In this document: positions 38,846-54,624 of the stretch, piece by piece
How positions within the stretch are numbered: position 1 is the stretch's first letter
Layout: each line of letters begins with the position of its first letter
Origin: Octopus vulgaris
Taxonomy: Eukaryota
Assembly: GCA_951406725.2 (NCBI GenBank)
Contig: OX597834.1
Location: forward strand, 19,096,001 to 19,160,000
Direction of reading: 5' to 3'
Length of the DNA: 64,000 nucleotides
The notes under the pieces: model-generated
Told to the model about the DNA's origin: nothing
Seen by the model: only the letters and a program-made list of their open reading frames with translations
The model's database searches: none
Made by a program: the position numbers and the translations under genes

Positions 38846-40429
38846 CAGTGGCATAGTTAGAGTGTAAACTGTCTGGGGCGGTCCTCAAAATGGCTCACCC
38901 CCACGACCTAATAGTGGAGGTGTGGTGATGGTAGTGGAGGGGCTGCCAATACAACATAATCATCATCACCACATCATCATCATCATTATCATCATCATTG
39001 TTTAACGTCTGCCTTTCATGGTGGCATGGGTCAGACGATTTGGCAGAAGCTGGTCAGGCAGTAGGCTACCTCAGGTTACTGGGTCTGTTTTGGCAGGGTT
39101 TTTACGGCTGGATGTCCTTCCTAACACCAACTACTCTGCAGAGTGGACTGAATGCTTTTTACATGGCACCTGCACAGGCAAGGTCAGTTTTGGCATGATT
39201 TTTACAGCCCTTCCAAATGCTAACCACTTGACAGTGTGGACTGGATGCTTTTTACATGGCACTAGTGCTGGCAGGGTCACCAAGTAACTTGCAAGACAAG
39301 GAATTTTGAGAGGGGCAGGTGCATTCGAGGAGGGAATCTTGAGTCAGATAATGAAAGGTCAGAGGGAGACAGAGAGACAGAAACAGGTATCTTGCTATAG
39401 AGGAAGTACATGGTTACCTAGTCAGAGAGTGATACATATATAAAATGCTGCTCTCACATTATGCCACTGAGATGATCCATTTCATTTGTTTCTGACATCA
39501 GCAAATTAATAAATTCACATTCTTCATTTTTATAAAAATATTTGTTATTAAGGAATTCAGACATCTTCATGGGCCTGGGAACAGGGAGTGCAGGGGGTGC
39601 AAGAACACCTTCTAAAATTTTTGTGGGGTGCAGAATCAAAATTTGCATCCCTACTTACTTTTTCCAGGTTTTGAAAGCAGTTCATAAAAGTGATCTGTAA
39701 GAAGCAATACAAAAACAAAAATAAATAACAATAATAAAATCTTGTTTGTAAAAAAATTTAATTCGACTTTGGTTAACATCTTGGAGAAAAATTAAGTAAC
39801 TGACACTCTGATGTATTTTAAACCACTACATCAAAGATAGATATTCATGGTGCCCTACACATCCCAAAACAAATTTCATTCTCGAACCAGTTGACACCAT
39901 GTTCTTTGACCTGTAACTGGTTTCTGTCTTTGAATTGTGGTCATGATGTTCCATCGTGGGCATTTTAGGGTCTCACCTTCAGGGCTCTTTCATGATCATA
40001 TAAACTACAGTATTTATTTTGTAGAATGGTTAATTTTATGCCAATAAGTATAAAAACACATCATCATCATCATTTTAACTTTACTGAGCAACAGTGTTGA
40101 GCAGTGATGTGTATAAATACAAACTTGTTACCGATTCAAATATAGTTGAGTCCCATTCGAACCTGTAAGATAGTCATTTGCTGTGTTGTTGTCACTAAGA
40201 AAATTTCTCAATGTAGACGAATAGGTTTGAATATACACAGTACCCTCTAACCAGTTGGAAGAGGTTTCAGCTGAATGAATTGATCCTGGATTGGAGCCAT
40301 TATAGAAAGAAAAAAAAAATATCGCTATTTGTATATAAATGAGTAAATGTGATTAAATGCATTAATAAGGGGGACACACATTATATATATATACATATAT
40401 GATGATGATGTATATATATATATATATAT

Positions 40430-40717
40430 ATCGTTGTGAGTGCCACCTGACTGGCTCCCGTGCTGGTGGCACATAAAAAGCACGATTCGAGCACGGTCGA
40501 TGCCTGTACCGCCTGACTGGCATTTGTGCAGGTGACATGTAAAAAGCACCCACTACACTCTTAGAGTGGTTGGCGTTAGGAAGTGCATCCAGGTGTAGAA
40601 ACTTTGCCAGATCAGATTGGAGCCTGGTACAGCCTTCTGGCATAGCAGTCCTCTGTCAAACTGTCCAACCCACGGCAGCATGGAAAGCGGGCATTAAATG
40701 ACGATGATGATGATGAT
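40430..40717 (+). mobile_element. Retroposon family D
   Basis: GGCACATAAAAAGCAC modules, family D 3' end and (GAT)n tail. Confidence 0.8.
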
Positions 40718-40794
40718 ATATGTGTGTGTATGTGTGTGTGTTTGTATGCATACATATGTATCTATATATTTTTATGTGTGTATATGTATATCTT

Positions 40795-40918
40795 AAACCT
40801 AGCACTTATCCCATCCACCTCTGTTGCTGAACCACTAAGTTATGGGAACATGGGGACATAAACACACCAACACTGGTTGTCAAGTAGTGGTGGGGGACAA
40901 ATACAGAAACAAAGATGC

Positions 40919-40950
<32 letters not shown>

Positions 40951-40960
40951 ATACATACAT

Positions 40961-41007
<47 letters not shown>

Positions 41008-41170
41008 TACATACAATGGACTTCTTTCAGCTTCCATCCATCTACCATATTCACTGAAGGCTTTGGTTGGCCTGAGGCTACAGCAGAAGACACTTACCCT
41101 AGGTGCCATGTAGTGGGACTGAACCCAGAGTCATGTGGTTGAAAAGCAAGCTTTTTACCAGACACCCATG
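40795..41170 (-). mobile_element. SINE family A, diverged
   Basis: Reverse family A pieces with an expanded central microsatellite. Confidence 0.75.
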
Positions 41171-41867
41171 CCCCAAGTCTACATTTATTGAAGATTTGTG
41201 TCTTTTTCACCATTGCGTTCATATGTCCTTCATTTCTTTGTATTATGACTTTCTCAACTCTAGGGATTTCAGTACATATTCAGTCAGTGCTCGTGCATTT
41301 GAGAATGTACTGGCATTTCAATGCTTGCCTTGACCTCTATGTGTGTGTGTGTGTGTGTGTATGCATGTGTACCTCTATTCATTTATGTCTGATTAAACCT
41401 ACAACAGTAAAGTCATTTAACCAGTTTTCTATGAAGTTATCTGTACCCTCCCTTATGTTTTATTGTGATAACAGAGATGGGGAGAGAGAACGAGAGAGAG
41501 AGAGAGAAAGAGAGAGAGAGTGGCTCAGGACAAATGTCCTTGTGTTAATTACAAAGCAGGGACGAAACATTCAGATAACATCATCAATGTGAATGAAGCT
41601 AAATGTTTTGTGTTCAAGTATTAGTTACGGGTGAAATAATAGTGAGACAAAGGCTTTATCATTTGGTTGTGGCTGCATTGAATGTGAGAGAGATCACTAA
41701 ATGGTATGCGTTCATTTATATTAGTTTCCCAGTGAATGCTGGGAGGAGCGAAAAAGGATTTAATTTGATAACGCAACACATACATAGATGCACACAGACA
41801 CACACAGAGCTGCCTGTCTGTCCGTCTATCTTTCTATAGCTATCTAAATATGTGTATATCTATATAT

Positions 41868-41914
<47 letters not shown>

Positions 41915-42059
41915 GACTGAAACAATTAAAAGAATAAAAGAACAAACAGACAGACCAGACATACACATACACACATATAGATAGCAACAGACAGACATAT
42001 ATATATATATATATATATATCACTGGTGAAACCTTTCTCAGCTGGACCCCCCCCAACTC

Positions 42060-42321
42060 AACTCTACCCCGCATCCCGTTGCCCCCGTGTCCCTGGCACG
42101 TTAAAAGCTCGAACCGATCGTGACCGATGCCGGACCCCCCGGCCCCTGTGCAGGTGGCACGTAAAAAGCACCCAATCCACTCACGGAGTGGTTGGCGTTA
42201 GGAAGGGCATCCAGCCGTAGAAACTCTGCCAGAATCAGACTGGAGCCTGGAGTGGCCCCTGGCTTCCCAGACCCCGGTCGAACCGTCCAACCCGTGCTAG
42301 CGCGGAAAACGGACGTTAAAC

Positions 42322-42363
<42 letters not shown>
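42060..42363 (+). mobile_element. Retroposon family D, CpG-rich young-looking copy
   Basis: Retains many CpGs and a long (GAT)n tail. Confidence 0.85.
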
Positions 42364-42364
<1 letters not shown>

Positions 42365-42669
42365 TCTGTCTGTTACTATCTATATGTGTGTATGTGTATG
42401 TCTGGTCTGTCTGTCTGTCTGTTCTATTATTCTTTTAATTGTTTTAGTCATTTGACTGTGGCCTTGCTGGAGCTCCACCTTTAATTGAGCAAATCAACCC
42501 CCAGGACTTACTCTTCATAAACCTAGTACTTATTCTATTGGTCTGTTTTGCCAAACTGCTAGGTTACTGAGACGTAAACCCACCAGCATCATTTGTCAAG
42601 CGATGTTGGTGGACAAACACACAAACATACATATATATATCACATATATATATATATATATATATAATA

Positions 42670-43215
42670 ATGAAGGGTGAAATTAATTAATTTGGAATAA
42701 TTATCAATTACACCAAGTAGTCTTCGGTATGTAAAAGCCTCACAGTAGATGACCACAGCATCTTGTTTTGGCTACACGCGGGTGGGAAGGGGCTGGTGAC
42801 ACAATCTTTTCATTCACACATTGAATTTGGTGATACTAGTTGCGGATTCTAGCTCGCTCTGATACTGAGTTGAGTTGATGCCTTCTAGTATCTCAAAATT
42901 CAATATATAATCATTTATGATTATAGTATTCTACGCTGAAGAGAAAAGAAGTTCTTGGTAAGATAGAATTATTTAATATTTAATTCTTATGCTTTCCTAA
43001 AAACTTGATTTCGAAACGTACGTCCGTAGATAACTTAAAATTGTATGATAGATTGCCGTCAATTCATTCCCTCTTACCTGTTTGTGTCTGCCTTCCAATT
43101 GCTGTTTTTACTGAGATCTCCCTTTTTAGTAGAAGAAATAGCTATAACTCTTTGACTGCTATTTCTAAATTCGGTATGTGGTAAGGCAATTCGTTGCCAA
43201 ACCCTTTATTGCTTA
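42670..43215 (+). mobile_element. Penelope-like pLTR remnant with hammerhead, nested in a family A SINE
   Basis: Both ends align with the reverse complement of 45593-46066; contains a hammerhead at 42930-43030; SINE halves lie at 42425-42630 and ~43470-43620. Confidence 0.65.
42930..43030 (+). ncRNA. Minimal type I hammerhead ribozyme, intact core
   Basis: TCTACG-CTGAAGA-G[long stem II]C-GAAA-CGTACG-TC-CGTAGA: 6-bp stem I, canonical CUGANGA/GAAA core, palindromic stem III, GUC cleavage site at 43024. Confidence 0.8.
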
Positions 43216-43395
43216 GTATATATATATATACATATTTTTCTCTCCTTGTTTCTCTCCTTGTTTTTTGTGTCCCTTTCTGTAGAAGAGCGTAGGCTCGAAA
43301 CATAAAAGACTTTTTCTATTCCTGAGCATTATACTAATACACCTGTTTGTTTTGTACACCACCTGTCTTCGTCTTTTGTTTTTTTCGTAAACTCT

Positions 43396-43464
<69 letters not shown>

Positions 43465-43627
43465 CACGATGAGATTCTTACAGTTTCCTTCTACTAAATC
43501 CACTCACAAGGCTTTGGTCGGCCCGAGGCTATAGTAGAAGACATTTGCCCAACGTACTATGCTGTGAGACTGAACCCAGAACCATGTGGTTAGGAAGCAA
43601 GCTTCTTACCACACAGCCACGTTAATA

Positions 43628-43843
43628 TTCTTTTATTCTTTTACTTGTTTCAGTCATTTGACTGTGGCCATGCTAGAGCACTGCTTTGAAGAGTTTAGTC
43701 GAACAAATTGACCCCAAGGTTTTTTTTATTCTATAGGTCTCTCTTGCCAAACCTCTAAGTTGCGAGGATGTAAACAAACCAACACTAGTTGTCAAACGGT
43801 AGTGTGGGACAAACACAGACACAAAGACACACACACAGACATA

Positions 43844-43876
<33 letters not shown>

Positions 43877-44015
43877 TATATGGTGGGCTTCTTTCAGTTT
43901 CTGTCTACCAAATCCACCTGAGGTCATAGCAGAAGACACTTGCCCAAGGTGCCACACAGTGGGACTGAACCCAGAACCATGTGGTTAGGAAGCAAGCTTC
44001 TTACCACACAGCCAT
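43628..44015 (-). mobile_element. SINE family A
   Basis: Reverse family A sequence. Confidence 0.85.
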
Positions 44016-44309
44016 GTCTGTGTCTATATATATATATATTTGCATTCATAGATATATCTGTACATGTGTATATATATATTGTTGTTGTTTAAACCCAGGT
44101 AAATGTTAACCGCACAGTCATAAGACCAAAAGTATTTCATCTGTGACCATCCTGTCGTTTTCGAGTTATCTAGGATTACAGTAAACGAGACTGATAGAAT
44201 AAGTAATACCAGACTTAAAAAGAAAAGCAAAATAATAATGATAATAATAATTAATACAAGACTCCAGGAGCTTCAATAAAACCTGTGATAAAGAGAAATA
44301 AAGATAATG

Positions 44310-44507
44310 GATTCAAATTTTGCCATAAGGAGGGGATAAGTCAATTACATTGACCCCAATATTTCACTGGAACTTAATTTATCGACCCTGAAAGTATGAA
44401 AGGCAAAGTGAACCTTAGTGGAATTTGAACCCAGAATGTAGTGATGGATGAAATACTGCAAGGCATTTCGTCCAGCATACTAATGATTCTTCCAGCTTGT
44501 TGCCTTA
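44310..44507 (-). mobile_element. SINE family B
   Basis: Reverse family B sequence. Confidence 0.75.
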
Positions 44508-44721
44508 ATAATAATGATAATAATTATTTCCACTAGAAGCACAAGGCCTCAAATTTGGGGGAAGCAACTAAGTTGATTATATTAATAATAATAATAATAA
44601 TAATAATAGTAATAATAATAATAATAATAATGATAATAAATACTGGGTTCAGTTATTTTTTCACTAAAACCTTCAAAGCAGTACCCTGGCATGGCTGCAG
44701 TCCAATGACTGAAACGAGTGA

Positions 44722-44915
44722 ACGGGTTGCGGATCCGTGGAATAAGCTGCCAGACGAGATAGTGAAGATGCCGACGACCGCTCGCTTCAAAGTCTCCCTT
44801 GACAAGAAATGGCCTGAACTCTTTGCATGAACACCACCCTGTACATAACTCCATGTCCCCCTACATGGCCTTGCTTTTCGCTTTTTGAGCCAAAAAATTA
44901 ACTTAACTTAACTTA
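44722..44915 (+). mobile_element. CR1-clade LINE 3' end
   Basis: RVADPWNKLPDEIVKMPTTARFKVSLDKKWPELFA* (CR1 RT C-terminal W-N-x-L-P...FK..LD motif), 3'UTR and (TAACT)n tail. Confidence 0.85.
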
Positions 44916-45592
44916 TAAAAGGTTCCCTGTAGTTGTATACTTCAGCTTATTCAGAAGACTATATCTGGCTTATGTAGTAATTGTTATGGAGTTTTAAAAA
45001 TCTCTAAAATCTATCTAAGTATTTTCAGCTGGTGATACCCAATCATTTGTTTTTCCTCAACACTTTAACAACATTATTATCATTACAAACAAATTGTTAT
45101 TTCCATTTCCTTAATGATTGCTCGCACATTAATACTCTAATAATGAAAAACAATTGATCTCCTTCACTAACAGATTGGTATTTTGACATTATTGAAATCC
45201 CAGCTGGTCCCTACTTAATATTTAGGTCTATAACATTCATGCAGCTCCTCTTTTAATAATCTGGCTTGTTGTTAGAAAGTAGGATAAGATGAATAAAAAT
45301 CTGCCTAAAAGTTTGTTTTTTTTTCATTCAGAAATGTCTTTAACAAACATGTATAAAAGAATGTATTTCAAGGAGGCAAAAAAACAAAAAAAAAACACAC
45401 ACAAAAATCACATAGATGAGGAGAAAATGTGGAGACAGAGTGATAGAAAGGTTTACAATTATATTTTTTGAATTGGCTAATCACAGACAAATTGGAGCCA
45501 GTATTGGGAAAAAAAAGAAGAAAAACATCACTATCTGTATAAATATGAGTGAATGTAATAAAATATATTAATAACGAATATATATATATATA

Positions 45593-46066
45593 TTTATAAC
45601 AATAAGGGTTTTGCTACAAGTTGCTTGACCACATACCGAAAATTTTAGAAATAGCAGCCAAAGGACTACTATTTTTTCTACAAAAATATGTCTCCAGAGA
45701 CAACAATATTTGTAACTCACATATGGCAAAGAAAAATAATGAAATCAAACAGTCTTCGGTTAATTATGGACGTACGTTTCTGGATTAGAATCATAAGATT
45801 AATTTCCTTCATCGACATAATATTATTCCGATAAATTAATCTAGAAATGCTAGGAAAACTTACCCCTTATATTTCCGACCAAATGTCATCGGAACATATA
45901 AAAGCTAATCAGCATATCCACATTTATATAGACAGGTGCAACTTTTTTCAAAACCCTTATTGTTATAATTATATAAGTTTTTACCGAATATGGTCCTTTT
46001 CCATACCAAAATACTACTAGGTGAAATTTGTTGATTTTATTAAATTAATTATCTTTCACCCTATAT
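45593..46066 (-). mobile_element. Penelope-like pLTR remnant with degenerate hammerhead
   Basis: Related to 42670-43215; ~20-bp internal inverted repeat (TTATAACAATAAGGGTTTTG); hammerhead-like ATTATG-TCGATGA-...-GAAA-CGTACG-TC-CATAAT at 45763-45821. Confidence 0.6.
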
Positions 46067-46075
46067 CTGTAATGG

Positions 46076-46116
<41 letters not shown>

Positions 46117-46433
46117 GGATGTGCCGCCTGTGTAGGCAAGGTAGGCAGAGCCTTCCTTGAATAAAATAGATCAACAGCAATATTTTCCTTTTATGGCAAA
46201 CTAATTCAATAAAATTATGAAGGTTACTCTTATTACTATGCATAAAATGCAAAATATTATATTTCTTTTTGTAGATTAGGTAGGCATAATTTGCACCCCC
46301 AGTGATTTTCAGTCTCAGTATTTAACCTATGCATAGTACTGCTGTAGTACACATACTCCATACACTCCTACAACAGTTTTCTTTAGGTGCTATAAAGGCA
46401 GAAGAAAACACAGGATTTACTGTAGCTGGCTAT

Positions 46434-46726
46434 AAGTCCTTGTGGTTGTGAAAAGAATAGGCAAAATAAGAGGTCGCAAGAGTGGCCGTAGGGACAAGAA
46501 TGGGCCCCAACTATGCAAACCTGTTCATTGGCTACGGTAAGGCCCAAATATTCCCACAATTGATATAATGGCTGTATAGTTTGGGAGTGGAACCAGTGAA
46601 TTGTGGGAATATTTGGGTCTCACCGTAGCCAATGAACAGGTTTGCATAGTTAGGGCCCATTCTTGTCCCTATGGCCACTCTTGTGACCTTTTATTATACC
46701 TATTCTTTTCACAACCACAAGGACTT
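46434..46726 (-). mobile_element. Penelope-like reverse transcriptase fragment in a 128-bp-arm fold-back
   Basis: Minus strand KVTRVAIGTRMGPNYANLFIGYGETQIFPQFTGSTPKLYSHYIN matches the Penelope RT G.AMGT.M.P.YANLF.G...RYIDD region; 46434-46561 is inverted at 46599-46726. Confidence 0.85.
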
Positions 46727-46790
46727 GGACGAAGTACTTTTTTGTTGATCCTACCTATACTGGAACAGTAAATGATATATATGTGTGCAT

Positions 46791-46837
<47 letters not shown>

Positions 46838-47102
46838 TGTATATATTTATATGCATGCATGCATTTTTAAGTCATTGCATCCAATTTTAGAATATGTTTC
46901 ATAATGTTGTATGTGTCACCTAAAAGAGCTGATGTCAAGGAGGGCATTTGATTGTAAAATATTGCTTCAGAAAAAGTTGTCTAACCCATGCTCTCATGAA
47001 AAATTAAATGTAAAACTCTAATTTTATATATATACATACATGCATATATACATAAAAGTAGAACGTTGGAATGAATGCTCAACACCACATTGGTGGATAA
47101 AT

Positions 47103-47425
47103 AATTTCTTTATTTATGAATTAAGGCTACCATTGGTTCCATGCTAAGAAGAATGGGAAAATTCAAGCATCTTAATTTTTCAAGCCAATCCCATGGAGAA
47201 AGGTGTTTGCTTCCATTTTGGAAAACAACCTCGTTTCATTTATGGGATTTCACTTATGTGAATTTATGAGAAATTTCCATGAATGAAATGAGAAAGTTTT
47301 TAGCAAATTGCAGGTGAACATTTTTCTCCATGTGATCGACTTGAAAAGTTGTTAAGATACTTGGATTTTCCCACTCTTCTTAACATGAAACCAGTGGTAG
47401 TGTTAATTCACAAATAAAGAAATAT
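47103..47425. repeat. Imperfect fold-back, ~150-bp arms
   Basis: TTTCTTTATTTATGAATTAAGGCTACCATTGGTTCCATGCTAAGAAGA versus TCTTCTTAACATGAAACCAGTGGTAGTGTTAATTCACAAATAAAGAAA; mostly transition mismatches. Confidence 0.85.
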
Positions 47426-47433
47426 ATACATAT

Positions 47434-47843
47434 ACTCTTTTTTTACTCTTTTACTTGTTTCAGTCATTTGACTGCGGCCATGCTGGAGCACCACCTTTTA
47501 GTCGAGCAAATCGACCCCGGGACTTATTCTTTGTAACCCAGTACTTATTCTATCGGTCTCTTTTGCCAAACCGCTAAGTGACGGGGACGTAAACACACCA
47601 GCATCGGTTGTCAAGCAATGCTAGGGGGACAAACACAGACACACAAACACACACATACATATATATATATACATATATACGACAGGCTTCTTTCAGTTTC
47701 CGTCTACCAAATCCACTCACAAGGCATTGGTCGGCCTGGGGCTATAGCAGAAGACACTTGCCCAAGATGCCACGCAGTGGGACTGAACCCGGAACCATGT
47801 GGTTGGTTAGCAAGCTACTTACTACACAGCCACTCCTGCGCCT
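47434..47843 (-). mobile_element. SINE family A, full length, little diverged
   Basis: Reverse complement from AGGCGCAGGAGTGGC to AGTAAAAGAGTA. Confidence 0.9.
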
Positions 47844-48706
47844 ATATTTATAAATAATCGAAAGATTTTCAAAATTTGTTTATTACAGTATTACTCTCAT
47901 TAAATTCCAATCTAACACATGTTTCTGCTTGATAGATGTCCGAATGACTTTTGATATGACATTTATGTGCATTTAGTTGATTCAGTTGCAATATATATTC
48001 ATCTCAAGTACACATTCCTATGTAGCTTTCTTCAAGATTTTATCCATGCTAGTGGGTCAGAGAGCTAATAAGAGACCTGCTTAGATCCAAATCCATATTC
48101 CTTTACATTTTATATATATGTGTATATATATATATATTATATAAATTAAATTAGAGATAAAACCACTATTAGGCAAATCAAACAATGAAAAACATAAACC
48201 AAAACATAAAAATAAAAATAATAATAATAATTAATATAATATACAAAATATATAAAATTTAAAAAATTTAAATTATTTAAATTTAAAATTAAAATTATTA
48301 ATTTATATTTATAGATTTAAAAATTTTTGATATATATATATATATATATATGTATATTTTATTTATTTATTTTAAAAAAATTAAAAAAAAATTTTTTTTT
48401 TATTAAATATATATAACTATCAAAAAGTATTAAGAAGTTTAATATAAGATAAAAAGTATATATTATATATATATATTTGTTTGGCTGTGTGTCCATTTTC
48501 CCAGACTGGCATGGGTTAGATGAATCTAGTGGCAAATTTTCTACTGCGTGACACTCTTATTGTCACAAACCCAAGTAAAATATTTGCTTGTTTCATTCTG
48601 CTGATCCCCAAATATGAAAAGGTAAAAAAATAAATGCCAAAAAGGAAAATGAAACAACCACGCACAAACAGAGAATACTTAACTTTAGCCAGATTTGAAC
48701 CTTTAC

Positions 48707-49140
48707 CTTATGCTTTGCATTGAAGATAGAATTGATTGAGGGGGAAAAAAATATCCTTTTTACAAATACAACATGGAATACTAAATAATCTAATTGGATC
48801 CGAAAGTTCATCCTATACTCTATATTGACCGATAAATAATTAAAGGGTATTATGGAAATTTTCCATCGTTAGCCTTGACTGTTATACTTCTATGTATGCA
48901 TGTGCGTGTGTGCAAGAGAGAAAGTTTGTGTGTGCGTGTGCGTGTGAGTCAGTTTCAAGGAAGCGTGCATGTTGCGTATACTTGGTTGTGGCCTTCTCAT
49001 GCTGTTTCAGGATCAGTGTCTGTGAATGCACCGTGCCACAACCAATGCTTCTGTGAATGGAAACCTCTCGGTTGCAGTGGTCGATACATTTGTATTTCGC
49101 TATATAAACAGTTTAATTATGGGTTTATTTAGTTATTCAA
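48707..49140 (-). other. Candidate non-coding exon of a minus-strand host transcript
   Basis: Long pyrimidine tract ending GGCTTTTCAAG|T at 49141/49140; donor AAG|GTAAAG at 48707/48706; unique, CpG-retaining sequence. Confidence 0.3.
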
Positions 49141-49244
49141 CTTGAAAAGCCAAAAAAAAAAAAAAAGAAATACAAAAGGTAAAAAAAAAAATAAATAATT
49201 TACTTGTTAAAAACCAATCGGAAAAAACAAATAAAAAGTACAAT

Positions 49245-51194
<1,950 letters not shown>

Positions 51195-51470
51195 CATTGT
51201 TTAACTTCTGCTTTCCATGCTAGCATGGGTTGAACGATTTGACTGAGGACTGGCGAACCAGATGGCTGCACCAGGCTCCAACCTAATCTGGCAGAGTTTC
51301 TACAGCTGGATGCCCTTCCTAATGCCAACCACTCTCAGAGTGTAGTGGGTGCTTTTATGTGCCACCGGCACGAGGCCAGTCAGGCGGTACTGGCAACGGC
51401 TATGCTCAAATAGTTTTTTTTTTTATGTGCCACCTGCACAGGAGCCAGTCCAGCGGCACTGGCAACGATA
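51195..51470 (-). mobile_element. Retroposon family D
   Basis: Reverse family D 3' end and modules. Confidence 0.8.
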
Positions 51471-52137
51471 TATATTCTTTCATTCTTTTATTTGTTTCAG
51501 CCATTAGACTATGGTCATGCTGGGGCACCACTTTGAAGTTTTAGGTGAATGGATCACCCCAGTACGTTTTTTTAAGTTTGGTACTCATTGTATCACTTGT
51601 CAATTGATGCTGTTACATCCCTGAAGCCTAACTGTTCGAGATGAGAGGCCAGTAGAATGTTTACCAGACTTAAATGACCCTGAGTACTGGTGTTGGTGTG
51701 TTCAACTAAAGCCTTCCAAAGCAAAACCCCATGACCACATGTCAATGATGAAGATGAGTAAAGGGTAAAAGATACACAAGCACACACATGCACATGCACA
51801 AACACACACACACACACACGCACATATATATACCAAAGCATCAGTTGTGGAACTGGCATGCAATCAGTAGTGCATTAGAAAAATTACATTGCAGCATTTA
51901 GTTACGGTCCTTTACATTCTGAGTTCAAATCCCGCTTTCATCTTTCCATGACTGATCAAATATGTACATGTCAGATACTTGGCGGGGTTCAATGTAATTG
52001 AATGATCACTCTCTAAAAGATCAATAGGCCAATCACCCATTGATGAATACCTCTGATCACTGAAAGGTCAACTAATTGACTGTATTTATCTGCACTGCTG
52101 CATGGATAAAAAAAAACTGAAATAATAATAATAATAA

Positions 52138-52178
<41 letters not shown>

Positions 52179-52901
52179 CTTTTTAGGTTTAATTTTGCCT
52201 GTTAAACATGGTTTTTAGGTAGGGCATTTGTTTTTGCCACCAAATGCTCTTTATTCTGCCATGTGCTCACCAAAATAACAGAAGTGGAATATATTCCCAG
52301 AGAAGTTGTGTCTGCATGGATGTGTACTTGTTTGTGTGTGTGTGTGTGTGTGCGTGCACACTCTAAACTTGATGCCTTATTCAAATGTATTTGGTACTTG
52401 AAATATTTCGTTTTTGAATTCAGAAATTAAATCATATCTCAGACAAAGCTTTATTTCTATATTTTCACATTTTTCTCAGTAAAGCTGACAAAATGGTTAT
52501 TGCTCCTATGTCATGGTTGGATATTTACTGTTGTTGTTGTTGTTGTTATTTTCACTAAAAAAATGGCATGCACCAGTTGTTCAGGCATATGTGGAAAAAT
52601 TTGCCAAAGCATCAAACTTTAGCTTCCATGAAGGGAAATAGACAAAAATGTGTTAATGTGCTGACTGAAAACAGGAAAGAGGAAAGTGAAAGAGAAAGTG
52701 AAAGTAGGCAAGAGGATGAAAGTAACTAGGATAGAAAGGTGGCGGGGGTGGAGTTGAAAGGAAGAAAAGGGATATGAGTGGAAGGGATGGGTAAGGGGCT
52801 AACAGAGAATATTAAAATAAGAAAAAAAATTGATGTGCATGCATGTGTGTATGTGTATATATATATACACACACACGTAAATGCACATCAGTTATATACA
52901 C

Positions 52902-52989
<88 letters not shown>

Positions 52990-53279
52990 GAAAGGAATCT
53001 GTAGGAATCGGAGTTGTAATCTTTAGGCTTGGCTGGTTGCTTGTGCAGAAAGAGTGATAGAAAAGAAAAAAAAAGATAAGAAAATAGATGTAAAAAAAGA
53101 AATACAGAGATACTAACCAGAGAGGGAGCTCATCCTCAATTTTATACTTCGCTTCTCAAACGGCTACTTCGTATTGTGTTAGATCTGACCAATATAAAGA
53201 TACTATTTTTTATTGTTTATAGCTCGTCTTAGTGTCGAGTGAACTATATATGCCAGCACATTTTAGTTATATGCTTGTG

Positions 53280-54126
<847 letters not shown>

Positions 54127-54624
54127 CTCATTAAATATTAACTGCTTCCATTGAGTTTTCATATGGAGAAGTAGTGAACACAAACACACACAGACACACA
54201 TGCGTGCACACACACATGCATACACACGCATATAGCTGGTTCTGGTTGGATGGCAAATGCCATCGATGTGAACCGTATATAAAAGCGGTGCATGAATTGA
54301 CTGATGCGGTGTTTTCTAGACTTCAAAAAGCTTATGTTCTAAAACATAATTAACAAAGTGGGTCATATGTACATCACAGACACGCCCCACACATTCATGC
54401 ATGTGCTTATGTACACACACACACACACTCATGCATGTGTATATATACACCCACACTCATGCATGTGTATATATACACACACACTCATGCATGTGTATAT
54501 GTACACACACACACACACACACACACACAAATAAACCTAGATGGTGAAGAATAAGTGCTGAAAGATACTGTGTACATATATGCCAAGTGTTAAAATGCAT
54601 GATCAACAAAACTCTGTAGATGTG

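Noticed and set aside
48982-49045. Pre-miRNA-like hairpin (TTGGTTGTGGC/GCCACAACCAA)
   Set aside because: Only 11 bp pair cleanly, the interior pairs poorly, and I recognise no known miRNA.
54270-54295. TATA-box-like CGTATATAAAAGCGG
   Set aside because: No downstream exon or gene support; such motifs are common in AT-rich DNA.
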